Origin: Opitutales bacterium
GTDB taxonomy: Bacteria > Verrucomicrobiota > Verrucomicrobiia > Opitutales > JABSRG01
Assembly (NCBI GenBank): GCA_049599475.1
Contig: JBMYOQ010000077.1
Span: 1-19,005 of the forward strand
Length of the DNA: 19,005 nt
Direction of reading: 5' to 3'
Shown piece after piece: positions 1 to 10,807 of this stretch; positions within the stretch are counted from its first letter, which is position 1; each line of letters opens with the position of its first letter. Both the position numbers and the translations under genes were made by a program. The notes under the pieces are model-generated. The model was not told the DNA's origin and made no database searches. It was given only the letters and a program-made list of their open reading frames with translations.

Positions 1-266
1 GTAAACGCTTCTTAGACAACCTTAAGGCTCTTTAATTTTTAGAATCGGTATAAAGCCGCAGTGCCTAAGCCGAATTCCGAGCAGTAGAGCCGGCTGCGTG
101 AGGACTCGCGGCCCAACCGTGTAGTCATGATTTTAACCCAGATCTGTTCTAAAGGCAGCGCCAATGCTTCGCCTTCTCGGGCAGGCCTACGTCCGCTGTC
201 TTTGGGGCTTACAGAGCCGCTCAGACGTCCAAATACCGGAGCTCGCCTTTCCACGAGGGCAAAAGC

Positions 267-1355
267 CTATCTCGGCGAATTCTTCGGATCCAAGGCGTCG
301 CGTAAACCGTCTCCAAGGAAATTAAGAGCTAGAAGTGTCGCTGAGAAAAAGCCTGCAGGGAAGAGTAGGAGCCATGGGTAGACCTCCATACTCTCGGCGC
401 CTTCCTTAATGAGGGTTCCCCAAGATGCGGATGGTGGCTGAATTCCGAGTCCGAGGAAACTTAGGAAGGATTCAAGCATGATCACAGACGGCACTGTTAA
501 TGTGGAGTAGATTATTACTACCCCCAATACGTTTGGAATAACATGTTTGAGAATTATCTTCCTGGGTTTTTGCCCAAGAGCTTTTGATGCTTCTACGTAT
601 TCTTGGCGTTTTATGGCTACGACTTGGCCGCGCACAATACGAGCCATTGTTAACCATTCGACGGCTCCGATTGCGATAAAAAGGAGCCAAATGTGTCGAC
701 CAAAAACGACCATCAAAAGTATGACGAATATCGTAAAAGGAAGAGCGTAAAGAATGTCGACGATTCGCATCATGGTGGCGTCAATCCTGCCTCCTAGGTA
801 GCCAGCGGTGGCACCGTAAAATACTCCAATAAGTAAGGAAACAGAGGTAGCCAGAAAACCAACCATCAGTGAGATGCGACCACCAGTCATAATCCGGGTA
901 AGTAGATCGCGTCCTTGATCATCCGTTCCAAAAAGATGTTTTCGATCGGTCAATGTGTAGGTGCTGTTTCCGCTGCTGTAGCTTCCATTGGCGAGCACTT
1001 GATCTGCTATGTGTTGTCCATCCACTTGGGGTTTTAAACGGGAGCTTCTGACGAAACCTTCGATACTTTTGTATTCGATACGCTCGCGCTTCCCGTCGAT
1101 TCTGACCTCTTTCATGACGGTTGCCATAGGAGCGGAATTACTCAGGGCCAATTCTCCGTCGCGTTCGGTGTAACCTGTGAAAAACGGACCAATCAGGCAA
1201 AAAACCGCTATCACGGTAAAGGTAACCAGGCCAATGACCGCGGCTTTGTTTTTAAACAGCCGGGTCCACGCGTCCTGCCAGAGTGAAGTGGGTTTCGCGA
1301 GCGCTGCGGATTCGAGCACGCTGGCTTTGCTATTCTTTGCTGGGCTTGCCGACAT
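267..1355 (-). CDS. oppC: Oligopeptide ABC transporter permease OppC
   Basis: SLWQDAWTRLFKNKAA N-terminal motif, HLFGTDDQGRDLLTR, EAA loop (EYVEASKALG), C-terminal NFLGDGLRDALDP; follows oppB. Confidence 0.95.
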   Translation of the reverse strand: MSASPAKNSKASVLESAALAKPTSLWQDAWTRLFKNKAAVIGLVTFTVIAVFCLIGPFFTGYTERDGELALSNSAPMATVMKEVRIDGKRERIEYKSIEGFVRSSRLKPQVDGQHIADQVLANGSYSSGNSTYTLTDRKHLFGTDDQGRDLLTRIMTGGRISLMVGFLATSVSLLIGVFYGATAGYLGGRIDATMMRIVDILYALPFTIFVILLMVVFGRHIWLLFIAIGAVEWLTMARIVRGQVVAIKRQEYVEASKALGQKPRKIILKHVIPNVLGVVIIYSTLTVPSVIMLESFLSFLGLGIQPPSASWGTLIKEGAESMEVYPWLLLFPAGFFSATLLALNFLGDGLRDALDPKNSPR

Positions 1356-1357
1356 GC

Positions 1358-2278
1358 TTATTCGAATTTAGAGCGTGGGTTGAGCCAGACGACTGCGATG
1401 TCCACCAGGATATTCATTACAATGATTAAAGCCGCGTAAAAGAGGACGGTGCCGAGGACCAGAAAGTAATCGCGGTTTAGGGCAGAGTTTACAAACTCTT
1501 GTCCGAGTCCGGGTATTACAAATATGGTTTCGACTACGAATGAGCCTGAGATCAGCCCGGCGAGGGCCGGACCGAGAAAAGATACTACCGGGATCAGGCC
1601 ACCGCGGAGAGCATGTTTGAAAATTACAGAAAAGGTCGAAGCCCCCTTGGCCCAGGCGGTGCGGATGAAGTCTTGCCCTAAAATCTCGAGCATGCCGCCG
1701 CGCGTGAGGCGTGCCACGTAGGCCGCGTAGGCGAGCCCCAGTGTCACTGTCGGGAGGATTTTGTATTCAATACCTCCAGACCATCCAATGACTGGAAGCC
1801 ATCCGAGCCAGGGTCCAAACACTGTGGAAAGGATGGGTCCTATGACAAACGTCGGCAGACAAATCCCGACCATCGCACCTGTCATCGGGACGTAGTCGAG
1901 GATGCTGTTTTGCTTCAGGCTGGCGATCAGGCCTGCGGGGATTCCTACGATCAAGGCAAATACAAGAGAACAAAGCCCAAGCTGGATCGAGTTGGGCAGC
2001 TTGCTGAAGATGATCTCGTTGACCTGCCGCCCCGGTGATGAGAGCGAGGGCCCCATGTCTCCTTTTAAAAGATCTCCTAGGTAGGCGGTGTATTGTGCGA
2101 AGAGTGGTTTATCCAGGCCGTATTGTTTATTAATGGCTTCCTTAGAAGCGGCCGACATCGCGCGTTCCTGGTCGAAGGGACCCCCGGGGGCCAAGCGGAC
2201 CATGAAGAAGGTAAGCGTGACGATGATGAATAAGACCGGAATGGCCTGGAGAACTCTAGATACTATGAAGCGAAACAT
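1358..2278 (-). CDS. oppB: Oligopeptide ABC transporter permease OppB
   Basis: MVRLAPGGPF, YGLDKPLFAQY, DFIRTAWAKG, VVETIFVIPGLG, NRDY, LNPR motifs. Confidence 0.95.
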   Translation of the reverse strand: MFRFIVSRVLQAIPVLFIIVTLTFFMVRLAPGGPFDQERAMSAASKEAINKQYGLDKPLFAQYTAYLGDLLKGDMGPSLSSPGRQVNEIIFSKLPNSIQLGLCSLVFALIVGIPAGLIASLKQNSILDYVPMTGAMVGICLPTFVIGPILSTVFGPWLGWLPVIGWSGGIEYKILPTVTLGLAYAAYVARLTRGGMLEILGQDFIRTAWAKGASTFSVIFKHALRGGLIPVVSFLGPALAGLISGSFVVETIFVIPGLGQEFVNSALNRDYFLVLGTVLFYAALIIVMNILVDIAVVWLNPRSKFE

Positions 2279-2308
2279 GCTCGGACGACTCTATAGCAAT
2301 TCTTGGGC

Positions 2309-3958
2309 TTACTCTTCGAAATACATGTATTTGTAGGGTCGATTATCGAGTAGCTTGGGATTGTATCCTTTGAGTCTTGTATCCTTCATGTATTGATTCG
2401 TGTACCAGTAAATGGGAGCTATCGGCGATTCCTCAAGGAGGATCGATTCTGCTTTGGCTAGAAGCGCCAAGCGTTTCGCGGTGTCTGTCTCCTGGGTGAC
2501 TTGATTGAGAATGATGTCGTCATACTCCTCACTGGCCCATCCCGTATTGTTGTTGCCGTTACCATCTGTCCACATGCTCAGGAAGGTAAACGGGTCCATG
2601 TAGTCGCCCTGCCAGCCAGAGCGGGAAATTGTGTAAGCTAGGGTTTGCTGGCTGTTGATGTAGACCTTCCATTCTTGGTTCAAAATGCCCACGTTGATGC
2701 CCAACTCCTCGCGCCACATAGATTGGATAGCCTCGGCAATCGCCTTATGGGACTCGTGAGTATTGAACAAAACTTCTATATCAGAAGGGAAGCCTTCGCC
2801 TCCGGGAAAGCCTGCTTCAGCTAAGAGCGCGCGCGCCTTGTCTGGATCGTAAGCCGTGATCCGAGGCGGGTTGTATCCGCTGATCCCTGGCGGCGTAAAG
2901 GCGTCTGCCGGAGTTTCCCCTGCCTGCGTAATGCGTTCGACGATACTCGTGCGATCGATACTCATGCTGAGTGCTTTGCGCACGCGGACATCGTCGAGGG
3001 GGGCTTTGTTTACGTTGAAACGATAGAAATAGACGGTGAGTAAGGGATCGATGTGGATCTGGTCTGCTTTCTCATCGAGGTATTTCAGGATCCTATCGGA
3101 GGGGACCTCGTTGGTTACATGGATTTCCCCGGCATTGAATGCGCGGTCTTCCGTGGTAATCGCTTCGATCGGGAGGAAGTGTATTCCGTTGAGCTGGACC
3201 GTGCTGCTATCCCAGTAAGTCTCGCTTTTCTTAACTTTTAAAATTGAAGAGGGCACCCATTCTTCAAGGACGAAAGGACCGTTGCCGACGAATTCCTCAC
3301 GAGTCCAAGGATTACTTAGAGCCGTCATGCCTCCATGTTTTTCGACGGTTGCAGGGTGCACGGGATACCAGCTGTAGTGCTTGAGCATTGAGAGGTAGTA
3401 GGGTTTTGAGCCGACTAGATCTACTTTGAGTGTGTAGTCGTCGACAGCCTTTACCCCGACCTCGGAAAAGTCTTTGATCTCGCCCCGAAAATACGCCTCT
3501 CCATTTTTTAGGATAAACAACATGTCGGCATACTTAGCACCGAAATCTGGGTGGAGCATACGATGCCAAGAGTAGACGAAGTCGTGGGCAGTAACAGTAT
3601 CTCCATTCGACCACTTGGCGTCTTGGCGCAAATAGAAGGTCCATTCAGAGTGATCCTCGTTGTGCTCCCAACGCTCAGCAACGCCGGGCTCTGGGATGTT
3701 GTCATCGGTAGGGTGATACGCAATGAGGCCCTCAATCAGGCTGCTGATGATCCGATTCTCCGGGACTCCTGTTACGATATGTGGGTCGATCCCTTGGGGT
3801 TCGGCGCCGTTACCGCGTATCAAAATGCCGTCCTTAATTGCCTGATCGGCGACGGATAGCTTGGAATCTGAAGAGGTTCCTGATTCGGGTGATTTAGGGC
3901 CGCAGGCCGTGAAGGCTGCGAGAATGCTGATGAACAGAAAAATTCGGCACGAAGGCAT
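2309..3958 (-). CDS. oppA: Oligopeptide ABC transporter substrate-binding lipoprotein OppA (family 5 SBP)
   Basis: Lipobox FTAC, GNGAEPQGIDP, AKWSNGDTVTAHDFVYSW, VGNGPFVL, DVRVRKALS motifs; adjacent to oppBC. Confidence 0.93.
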   Translation of the reverse strand: MPSCRIFLFISILAAFTACGPKSPESGTSSDSKLSVADQAIKDGILIRGNGAEPQGIDPHIVTGVPENRIISSLIEGLIAYHPTDDNIPEPGVAERWEHNEDHSEWTFYLRQDAKWSNGDTVTAHDFVYSWHRMLHPDFGAKYADMLFILKNGEAYFRGEIKDFSEVGVKAVDDYTLKVDLVGSKPYYLSMLKHYSWYPVHPATVEKHGGMTALSNPWTREEFVGNGPFVLEEWVPSSILKVKKSETYWDSSTVQLNGIHFLPIEAITTEDRAFNAGEIHVTNEVPSDRILKYLDEKADQIHIDPLLTVYFYRFNVNKAPLDDVRVRKALSMSIDRTSIVERITQAGETPADAFTPPGISGYNPPRITAYDPDKARALLAEAGFPGGEGFPSDIEVLFNTHESHKAIAEAIQSMWREELGINVGILNQEWKVYINSQQTLAYTISRSGWQGDYMDPFTFLSMWTDGNGNNNTGWASEEYDDIILNQVTQETDTAKRLALLAKAESILLEESPIAPIYWYTNQYMKDTRLKGYNPKLLDNRPYKYMYFEE

Positions 3959-3987
3959 GCCTAAAACGAGTAGAATATCCCCTGGGG

Positions 3988-4004
3988 TGCAACTCCAAAG
4001 CCGT
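3988..4004 (-). promoter_or_regulatory. Possible sigma54 -24/-12 promoter of oppA
   Basis: Minus strand ACGGCTTTGGAGTTGCA: GG-N10-GC with TTGCA, 30 nt upstream of the ATG; -24 box only a partial match. Confidence 0.35.
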
Positions 4005-4046
4005 CTTTGTAATGCCGAAAATACAGGATGTGCTGATCGTGTGGAT

Positions 4047-4469
4047 TCAGGCCGCTAATACTGTCCGCTTCGAGCGCACTTGATTTACGTAGTCTGCGCG
4101 GAAAGGTTCTTCGATCCAGCGGAATCCCGTGCGCCAATCCGAGAAAACCGAGAAGTGAAAAGATGGATTAGTCGCCTTCTCATGCAAAATCCCATACGCC
4201 GTGGATGATGGAGAATCTGAGACCCATGCCCACTTGCCCTAGCATTTTAGAGGATGCTTATACATGGCTTCTTCCAGCTCCCGGAACTCGCTTAGGGACA
4301 TCTTGAAGTGCGCATCGCGCATATCAGATAGGCCTCGATATGAGCGTTGATATACAGGGTGCGTCCAAACGGTTTTGAAAGCTTCAAACAGATTGGAGCT
4401 CGTTATTTCGCCCGAAAACGACTCGATGATTAGGCGTTCCTTTGGAAATATCTCAAAAGCAAATTCCAC
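4047..4469 (-). pseudogene. STAS/SpoIIAA-like hypothetical protein interrupted by an in-frame TAG (4239-4241)
   Basis: From GTG 4469 the frame continues 63 codons past the TAG (GKWAWVSDSPSSTAYG...FSVFSDWRTGFRWIE...) to TGA 4047-4049; total ~140 codons, similar in size and motif pattern to 10103-10531. Confidence 0.65.
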
Positions 4470-4609
4470 GTGGATTAAGACAATTGTGCTTTGGGGAAAA
4501 ATCAAGTGCAGCTTGATTCTAATACGACTAGAAACGCCGAGTGCTACGGGTTTCCGTAATACTGTTGAGGCAAAGGCGCGCTACCGCATCGGTTATAACG
4601 ATCTAATCG

Positions 4610-6103
4610 TTAACCTAGACCGGAGATGTCTTCGCCTTCTTCCGAGTATTTTGCCAATTTGTTGCGGAGGGTCCTGATGTTTACCTGCAGGATCTCGGCC
4701 GCGTGGGTCCGATTTCCTTTAGTGCTTCGAAGGACTGCGAGGATATGCTGTTTCTCTACCTCGTCCATCGGGGCCATGGGTCCGTCGCTCGCAGTAGCAG
4801 CGGTGGGCATTTCGGCTACGGCCGTGGCGGTGTCGCTTTCTGCTTGCTCTGCAGGCGAGACGTCTGCGTCTGGAATCGTTTCGGTTGCCGGGGTCGAGGA
4901 TGGGCCGCTGAAATTATTCATGGAGATCGACACCTTCTGTTTCGGGATGATGCCTAGATAAGCCGCAGGAATCGGTTCGCCGTCGTCAGCCAGAATGACG
5001 GCCCGCTCGACGGTGTTTTGCAGCTCGCGGACATTGCCCGGCCAATCGTGGCTCACGAGTATCGACATGGCCTCATCGGTGAAGCCTGGAATCTTGAGTC
5101 GATGTTTCTTGGAAAAAGTTTGGAGGAATTTTGCCGCCAGGAGGGGGATGTCATCTTTGCGTTGGCGGAGTGCGGGCACCTCGATCGGGAAGACATTGAG
5201 GCGGTAGTAGAGATCTTCACGAAACTCGCCTTTTTTCACCGCCTCCATGAGGTCGCGGTTTGTGGAAGCTAGCACGCGGACGTCGACATTGATCGTCGTA
5301 TTTCCGCCCACTCGCTCAAACTCTCTCTCCTGGAGCACGCGTAGCAATTTTACCTGAACGGCCGGGGAAATTTCTCCGATCTCGTCCAGAAGAATGGTGC
5401 CGTGGTTGGCCAGCTCAAACCGCCCCTCGCGCCGTTGCGTGGCGCCAGTGAATGCGCCCTTTTCGTGCCCGAAAAATTCGCTTTCGATTAAATTCTCCGA
5501 AATTGCTGCGCAGTTTACTCGGATGAACGGTTGGTTGGAGCGAGGGCTTACCTTGTAAAGCTCGCGCGCAACCATTTCTTTACCCGTGCCGTTTTCGCCA
5601 GTGATTAGAACGGTTGCCTCGGTCGCAGCTACCTTCTGGGCCATCTTCTTCAATCGACGCATCACCGTGCTATTGCCGATCATTTCGGACTTTGCCGAAG
5701 TCTCGGAGCTGTAGTATTGGCTGACTTTGATGAGCTGGTTGTGCTTCTTAGCCTTGTCGAGCACCACTTCGATCTGGTCGAAACCAAAGGGCTTGATGAT
5801 GTAGTCGAAGGCTCCCAGGCGCATGCATTCTACTGCCGACTCTACTGTGCCGAAGCCCGTGATCATCACAAACATCGGAGCATCGGTCCGGTTTTGGTAC
5901 TGCTCTAGAAGCTCATGCCCGTTACCGTCAGGTAGGCGTCCGTCAACAAAGACCAGGTCAAATTGATCCTTCGCGAGCAAGCCCACAGTTTTGGCGATGG
6001 AGTCCGCCTCAGCTACCGTGTAGCGCTTGGAACGTAGTTTTTCGGCGAGGGATTTGCGGATGGTTGAGTCGTCGTCGAGGACTATGAGTTTTTCGATCGC
6101 CAT
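4610..6103 (-). CDS. Sigma54-dependent response regulator (NtrC/AtoC family: receiver, AAA+, Fis HTH)
   Basis: Receiver LIVLDDD / LVFVDGRLPDG, Walker A GENGTGKE, GAFTGA, Walker B LLDEIGE, WPGNVRELQN, GNRTHAAEILQVNIRTLRNKL. Confidence 0.95.
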   Translation of the reverse strand: MAIEKLIVLDDDSTIRKSLAEKLRSKRYTVAEADSIAKTVGLLAKDQFDLVFVDGRLPDGNGHELLEQYQNRTDAPMFVMITGFGTVESAVECMRLGAFDYIIKPFGFDQIEVVLDKAKKHNQLIKVSQYYSSETSAKSEMIGNSTVMRRLKKMAQKVAATEATVLITGENGTGKEMVARELYKVSPRSNQPFIRVNCAAISENLIESEFFGHEKGAFTGATQRREGRFELANHGTILLDEIGEISPAVQVKLLRVLQEREFERVGGNTTINVDVRVLASTNRDLMEAVKKGEFREDLYYRLNVFPIEVPALRQRKDDIPLLAAKFLQTFSKKHRLKIPGFTDEAMSILVSHDWPGNVRELQNTVERAVILADDGEPIPAAYLGIIPKQKVSISMNNFSGPSSTPATETIPDADVSPAEQAESDTATAVAEMPTAATASDGPMAPMDEVEKQHILAVLRSTKGNRTHAAEILQVNIRTLRNKLAKYSEEGEDISGLG

Positions 6104-6367
6104 GGAAGAGTACAGACAATGGCCTCTGGGCTGAGACCATTTTCCGGTATTTATCCTTCGGAACTGAGACCAAGAAATTAATCTCTAGAGGGTATTTTCT
6201 TCCGAGCAGTGACCTATCGCATTTTTGCTTTGGATCGGCGATTTCACTAACTTTTTCTGGTTCTGGAACCTTATCCGGCGTTTAGCGATCTTGCATTGCT
6301 GGACAAGTTTGGACAATCTCTCCGGTTTTCTGCCGAAATCCGGCACTTTACCTTTCTACGCAAACCC

Positions 6368-9300
6368 ATGCTCAGCACCATTTTAAAAAGCTTTCAAGGC
6401 CGCCACTACCGCAAATTTCTGAAGGAGTGCGAGCCGATTGTTAAGGAAATCAATAAGCTCGAGATCGGATTCCAGTCCCTTTCAGACAGCGAGCTGAAGA
6501 TGAAGACCACCGAGCTCAGCGGGCGCGTCCGCACTGCGGTAAAAGAAGCCGTCGAAAAGGCAGGACCCAACGCGTCCGAGGACAAGGTCTCTGAAATCAG
6601 TGTAAATACGCGCCAAAAGGTGCTGGATGAAATTTTGCCCGAGGCGTTCGCTGTTGTAAAAAATGCGGCACGCCGTCTCTGTGATCGCGAATTCGAAGTC
6701 CGTGGCCATGCCCAAATCTGGAATATGGTGCACTATGATGTGCAGCTGATCGGGGGGATTGCACTCCATCGCCGTATGATCGCCGAGATGCAGACGGGTG
6801 AAGGTAAGACGCTTGTCTCGACTTGTCCTATGTATCTGAACGCGCTCACCGGCCTCAATTGTCAGCTGGTCACGGTGAATGAATATCTTGCGTTGCGTGA
6901 CTCTGAGTGGATGGGGAATCTATTTAAATTCCTCGGGCTTACTGTCGGTTGTATCCAAAACCAAATGGATCCTTCGACCAAGCGCGCCATGTATCAGTGC
7001 AATATCACCTATGGCACGGCGTCCGAGTTTGGCTTCGATTACCTGAGGGACAACGGGATGTCCTCGCGCAAGGAAGACCAAGTGCAGCGCGACCACTATT
7101 TCTGCATAATTGACGAGGCGGATTCGATTCTTGTCGATGAAGCGCGGACGCCGTTGATCATCTCCGGCCCGATGCAGGAAGATCGCCCGCTTCCTTTCGA
7201 TCAGCTCAAGCCAGGGATTCAGCGTCTAGCGCGCCAGCAAGAGCGACTCTGCACCGATTGGGCTAATCAAGCGAAGAAAATAATCGACGATCCAGAGGGC
7301 GATCGTCGCGAAGCGATGCGTTTGCTGACCCAAGTGAAGTGGGGGGCTCCGAAGAACAAGCAGCTCATGCGTTTGCTTGAAAACGGGGAGATTCATAAGG
7401 ATCTCGAAAAATTCGATGCAGAGCTCAACGCCGATTTCCAAAAGGAGGAGAAGTTCAAGATTAAGGAGGCTTTACTCTTCCAAATAGATGAAAAGCAGCA
7501 CCAAGCCGACCTTACAGAGAGGGGCCGCGAGTATCTCAAGCCGGGTGATCCATCAGCATTCTTGCTCCAAGACCTCCCGACTCTATTCAATGAGATTGAC
7601 GCCGATAACGCCCTGAACGCTGAGCAGAAGCAGCAAAAGAAGTTGGCGATCGAGCAGGAATTTCAAAAGACAAGTGAAGAGATTCACACCATCTCTCAAT
7701 TGCTCCGTGCCTACTGCATTTACGAAAAGGATCTCCAATACGTCGTCCAAGATGGGAAGGTTCAGATTGTCGACGAGAATACCGGCCGTGTGATGCCGGG
7801 TCGCCGTTGGTCCGATGGTCTGCACCAAGCCGTTGAAGCGAAGGAGGGCGTGAAGATCGAGAAGGAGACCAAGACTTACGCCACGGTCACGATTCAGAAT
7901 TACTTCCGGATGTATGAAAAGCTCGCTGGTATGACGGGCACCGCGGAGACAGAGGCGGGAGAGTTTTTCGATATTTATCGCCTCAAGGTAATGGTCATCC
8001 CGACCCATCGTCCGAACCAGCGTGTCGATGTTGACGATGTGGTCTACAAGACTCGCCGTGCGAAATTCAACGCTGTCATCGGAGAGATTGAGGAAGCGCA
8101 CCGCCGCGGACAGCCCGTTCTTGTGGGCACAGCCTCAGTCGAAGCCTCAGAGCTGCTCAGCCGTATGATGCGTCGCTCCAATATTCGCCATACCGTTCTC
8201 AACGCGAAACTGCACGCTCAGGAGGCGGAAGTCGTCGCGCGAGCGGGTCAAAAGGGAGCCGTAACGATCGCCACCAACATGGCGGGTCGCGGTACCGACA
8301 TTAAACTGGGTGAAGGTGTCGAGGAGCTGGGTGGCTTATTTGTCGTAGGCACCGAGCGCCATGAATCTCGCCGGATTGACCGCCAGCTGCGAGGACGCTG
8401 TGCGCGCCAAGGTGACCCCGGTCGCTCAAAATTCTTCATTTCATTGGAGGATGATCTGATGCGTCTGTTTGCAAACGCGGGACCGATTTCGAAGATCCTC
8501 AATAGCTCCATGGACGATGAGGAAGAGCTCTCTCACTCGGCGCTCAATTGGTCTATCCAAAACGCGCAGAAGAAAGTAGAGCAGCAGAACTATCTTGTCC
8601 GAAAACGCCTCCTCTCTTACGACGACGTCCTCAACAATCAGCGCGAGGTAGTTTACGGAATTCGCAATGACGCCATTCACAGTGAGAGCCCGCGCGATAT
8701 CATTTTCGAAATGATCGACGAGGAGCTCGAAGAGCGCATCGAAAGCGCCCAAGGCGAGACTGAAGCGCTGTTGAATTGGCTCAACCAGACATTCCCGATT
8801 GGCCTCAAGGAAGAGGATATTAAGGATAAGGAAGAAGTTGCCCTGCGCGAAGAATTGATCGCTAAGATCAAGGAAGCCTACTCAGTAAAAGCTGAGCTCG
8901 AGAATCCGGAGCATATCCACGGATTGGAGCGCTACATTGTGGTGCGCTCTCTGGACCGTCACTGGCAAGACCACCTCACCGAGATGGAAGAACTGCGCCG
9001 CGCGGTGGGCCTCAGAGGATATGGTCAAAAAGATCCCCTTTCGGAATACAAGAGTGAAGGTTTCCGCTACTTCCAGGAGATGATGAACCGGGCGCGCACG
9101 GATATGTGCACGGGCACGTTCCGTACGACCACCAATCCGGATTCACTACAAGGATTGATGAATCGCCTCAAGAACGTCGCGAACCAGCAGGGTCCATCAG
9201 AAGCTGGGGGTGCTGGATTGCCTCAACAGATGGCTGCCGCCCAATCCGCAGCTGCGGTGCCCGCTCCGGCGCAAAAACGTCCACAACCCAAGGCAACCCC

Positions 9301-9469
9301 CCGCAAGGAATTGCCGAAGATCGAGCCGATCCGCCGCGAGATCCCCAAGGTAGGGCGCAACGAGACTGTCGTCATACGCAAGGGAGCCGAAACCCGCGAA
9401 ATGAAATTCAAAAAGGCGGAGCCCCTAATCGCCAATGAAGGCTGGGTACTCGAAAGCGCGAAAAAGTAA
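6368..9469 (+). CDS. secA: Preprotein translocase ATPase SecA
   Basis: [74 protein letters not shown] 6368 preferred over the TTG at 6296. Confidence 0.98.
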   Translation: MLSTILKSFQGRHYRKFLKECEPIVKEINKLEIGFQSLSDSELKMKTTELSGRVRTAVKEAVEKAGPNASEDKVSEISVNTRQKVLDEILPEAFAVVKNAARRLCDREFEVRGHAQIWNMVHYDVQLIGGIALHRRMIAEMQTGEGKTLVSTCPMYLNALTGLNCQLVTVNEYLALRDSEWMGNLFKFLGLTVGCIQNQMDPSTKRAMYQCNITYGTASEFGFDYLRDNGMSSRKEDQVQRDHYFCIIDEADSILVDEARTPLIISGPMQEDRPLPFDQLKPGIQRLARQQERLCTDWANQAKKIIDDPEGDRREAMRLLTQVKWGAPKNKQLMRLLENGEIHKDLEKFDAELNADFQKEEKFKIKEALLFQIDEKQHQADLTERGREYLKPGDPSAFLLQDLPTLFNEIDADNALNAEQKQQKKLAIEQEFQKTSEEIHTISQLLRAYCIYEKDLQYVVQDGKVQIVDENTGRVMPGRRWSDGLHQAVEAKEGVKIEKETKTYATVTIQNYFRMYEKLAGMTGTAETEAGEFFDIYRLKVMVIPTHRPNQRVDVDDVVYKTRRAKFNAVIGEIEEAHRRGQPVLVGTASVEASELLSRMMRRSNIRHTVLNAKLHAQEAEVVARAGQKGAVTIATNMAGRGTDIKLGEGVEELGGLFVVGTERHESRRIDRQLRGRCARQGDPGRSKFFISLEDDLMRLFANAGPISKILNSSMDDEEELSHSALNWSIQNAQKKVEQQNYLVRKRLLSYDDVLNNQREVVYGIRNDAIHSESPRDIIFEMIDEELEERIESAQGETEALLNWLNQTFPIGLKEEDIKDKEEVALREELIAKIKEAYSVKAELENPEHIHGLERYIVVRSLDRHWQDHLTEMEELRRAVGLRGYGQKDPLSEYKSEGFRYFQEMMNRARTDMCTGTFRTTTNPDSLQGLMNRLKNVANQQGPSEAGGAGLPQQMAAAQSAAAVPAPAQKRPQPKATPRKELPKIEPIRREIPKVGRNETVVIRKGAETREMKFKKAEPLIANEGWVLESAKK

Positions 9470-9482
9470 GTAAGCCCGAAGC

Positions 9483-9512
9483 TCCTGCCTCTCTCCAAAC
9501 AGAGTGGCAGGA
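9483..9512 (+). other. Hairpin just downstream of secA (no U-tract)
   Basis: TCCTGCC...GGCAGGA stem 14 nt after the stop codon. Confidence 0.4.
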
Positions 9513-9529
9513 TAAACGCACACGGCTTA

Positions 9530-9958
9530 CAGGCCGCTATCAAAAGCAGCACCTAAGGGAGGGCCGATCTCCGAGCGGCCGCCACTCGGCAAAGCCGCCC
9601 TTGCCGCCGTCGCCAAGTCGGGGAATTCAGCCGTAAATTCCAAACAGCAAGGCATCCGAAACCACCCTGCTGGACACACACGAGCCCAGACCTCATTCAA
9701 AAGCAGCACCCAGGGGAGGGCCGATCTCCGAGTGGCCACCGCTCGGCGAAAGCCGCCCCCGCCGCCGTCGCCAAGTCGGGGAATTCAGCCGTAAATTCCA
9801 AACAGCAAGGTACCCAAAACCACCCCGCTGGGCACACGCCAGCCCAGGCCTCAATCAAAAAGCAGCACCTAGGGGAGGGCCGATCTCCGAGCGGCCGTCA
9901 CTCGGCAAAGGCCGCCCTAGATACCGCCCCCAAGTCGGCCTATCGACCCGTAAATTCC
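9530..9958. repeat. Tandem repeat, ~2.7 copies of a 157-158 bp unit, each with a REP-like palindrome
   Basis: CAAAAGCAGCACC anchors at 9541, 9698 and 9856; each unit has GGAGGGCCGATCTCCGAGYGGCC, CCAAGTCGG and CCGTAAATTCC. Confidence 0.92.
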
Positions 9959-10102
9959 GTAAGACGCAACCCCCGGCAATGAAATCATTTCATCGCCTTT
10001 TTCTATAAAGATGTAAATCGGCTGCGTCTTATTGACTTTCCAAAAAATTCTTCAGGCACGACTCTTTAATCGGCGTCTCGTTGGTCGACAATTTGCAATC
10101 AT

Positions 10103-10531
10103 ATGCCGATTCTGTTTTCCGTTTCTGAAGAGTCTCCAATATTTAGTTCAACGTGGTGCGGTACGATTACCGTAAGCGAAATGCTCCAGGCCTATACCGA
10201 GTTTTTCGAGGGTCCAGATTGGAAGGGGCGTGCTCTTGAATATGCCGACTTTTCAGAGGCAGACTTGTCCCGCATCAATGTCGCAGCCTTGCAAAAACTC
10301 TGCGAGCTCATCGCAGATACCTATAGCGAGCATGGTATTGAACATGCGCGCTGTGCATCCTGGATCCCACGGGATATTAATCGCTCACTCCTTGAGATAT
10401 ACGGCTTCCTCTCAGAAAAATCTCCTGAGGTTACGCGTGTCTTCTCAAGCAAAAGCGCGGCTATGAATTGGCTCGAGCGCGGAGACGAGCCCCAGAGTTA
10501 CGATCATCGCCTAGAAGCACGAGCGTCTTAG
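10103..10531 (+). CDS. Hypothetical protein, STAS/SpoIIAA-like (SEC14-like) fold
   Basis: 142 aa; pattern W-x-G-x-IT, EYADFSEADLS and C-terminal RVFSSKSAAMNWLE typical of small SpoIIAA-like proteins. Confidence 0.7.
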   Translation: MPILFSVSEESPIFSSTWCGTITVSEMLQAYTEFFEGPDWKGRALEYADFSEADLSRINVAALQKLCELIADTYSEHGIEHARCASWIPRDINRSLLEIYGFLSEKSPEVTRVFSSKSAAMNWLERGDEPQSYDHRLEARAS

Positions 10532-10807
10532 AATTTGTTGATCGCAAGCCGCTCGTGGACACCTGAATCACCTAGGCCCTTCATTCGAAGACGGTGGGTG
10601 AAATCTCTGCCTGTGGCCTATGCGGTTTCTCAAAGTATTTTCGTTTGTCCTGCTAAATCCACACTTCCGAAGAACAGGAGTAGAGCAAGGGCGAACCGTC
10701 CCGGGTGAGCCGCTCCATTTACGCCTTTGTTGGGCCCTCGATCGGCTTATACTACCATTTGTTTGCGAAAATATTTTCAGAAAGAGTCTGATTCTACTTT
10801 GCTAAAC

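Noticed and set aside
1..35. Possible 3' end of a plus-strand gene (KRFLDNLKAL-stop)
   Set aside because: Too short to support
6131..6171. Direct repeat CTGAGACCA twice upstream of the response regulator
   Set aside because: Only two 9-mers; cannot be distinguished from chance
9530..9958. CRISPR array or coding repeat (ORF 9527-9739)
   Set aside because: Whole units are similar with no unique spacers, no cas genes, and the period is not a multiple of 3
10053..10069. Sigma54-like CAGGCACGACTCTTTAA upstream of 10103
   Set aside because: Good -24 box but the -12 GC is replaced by TA
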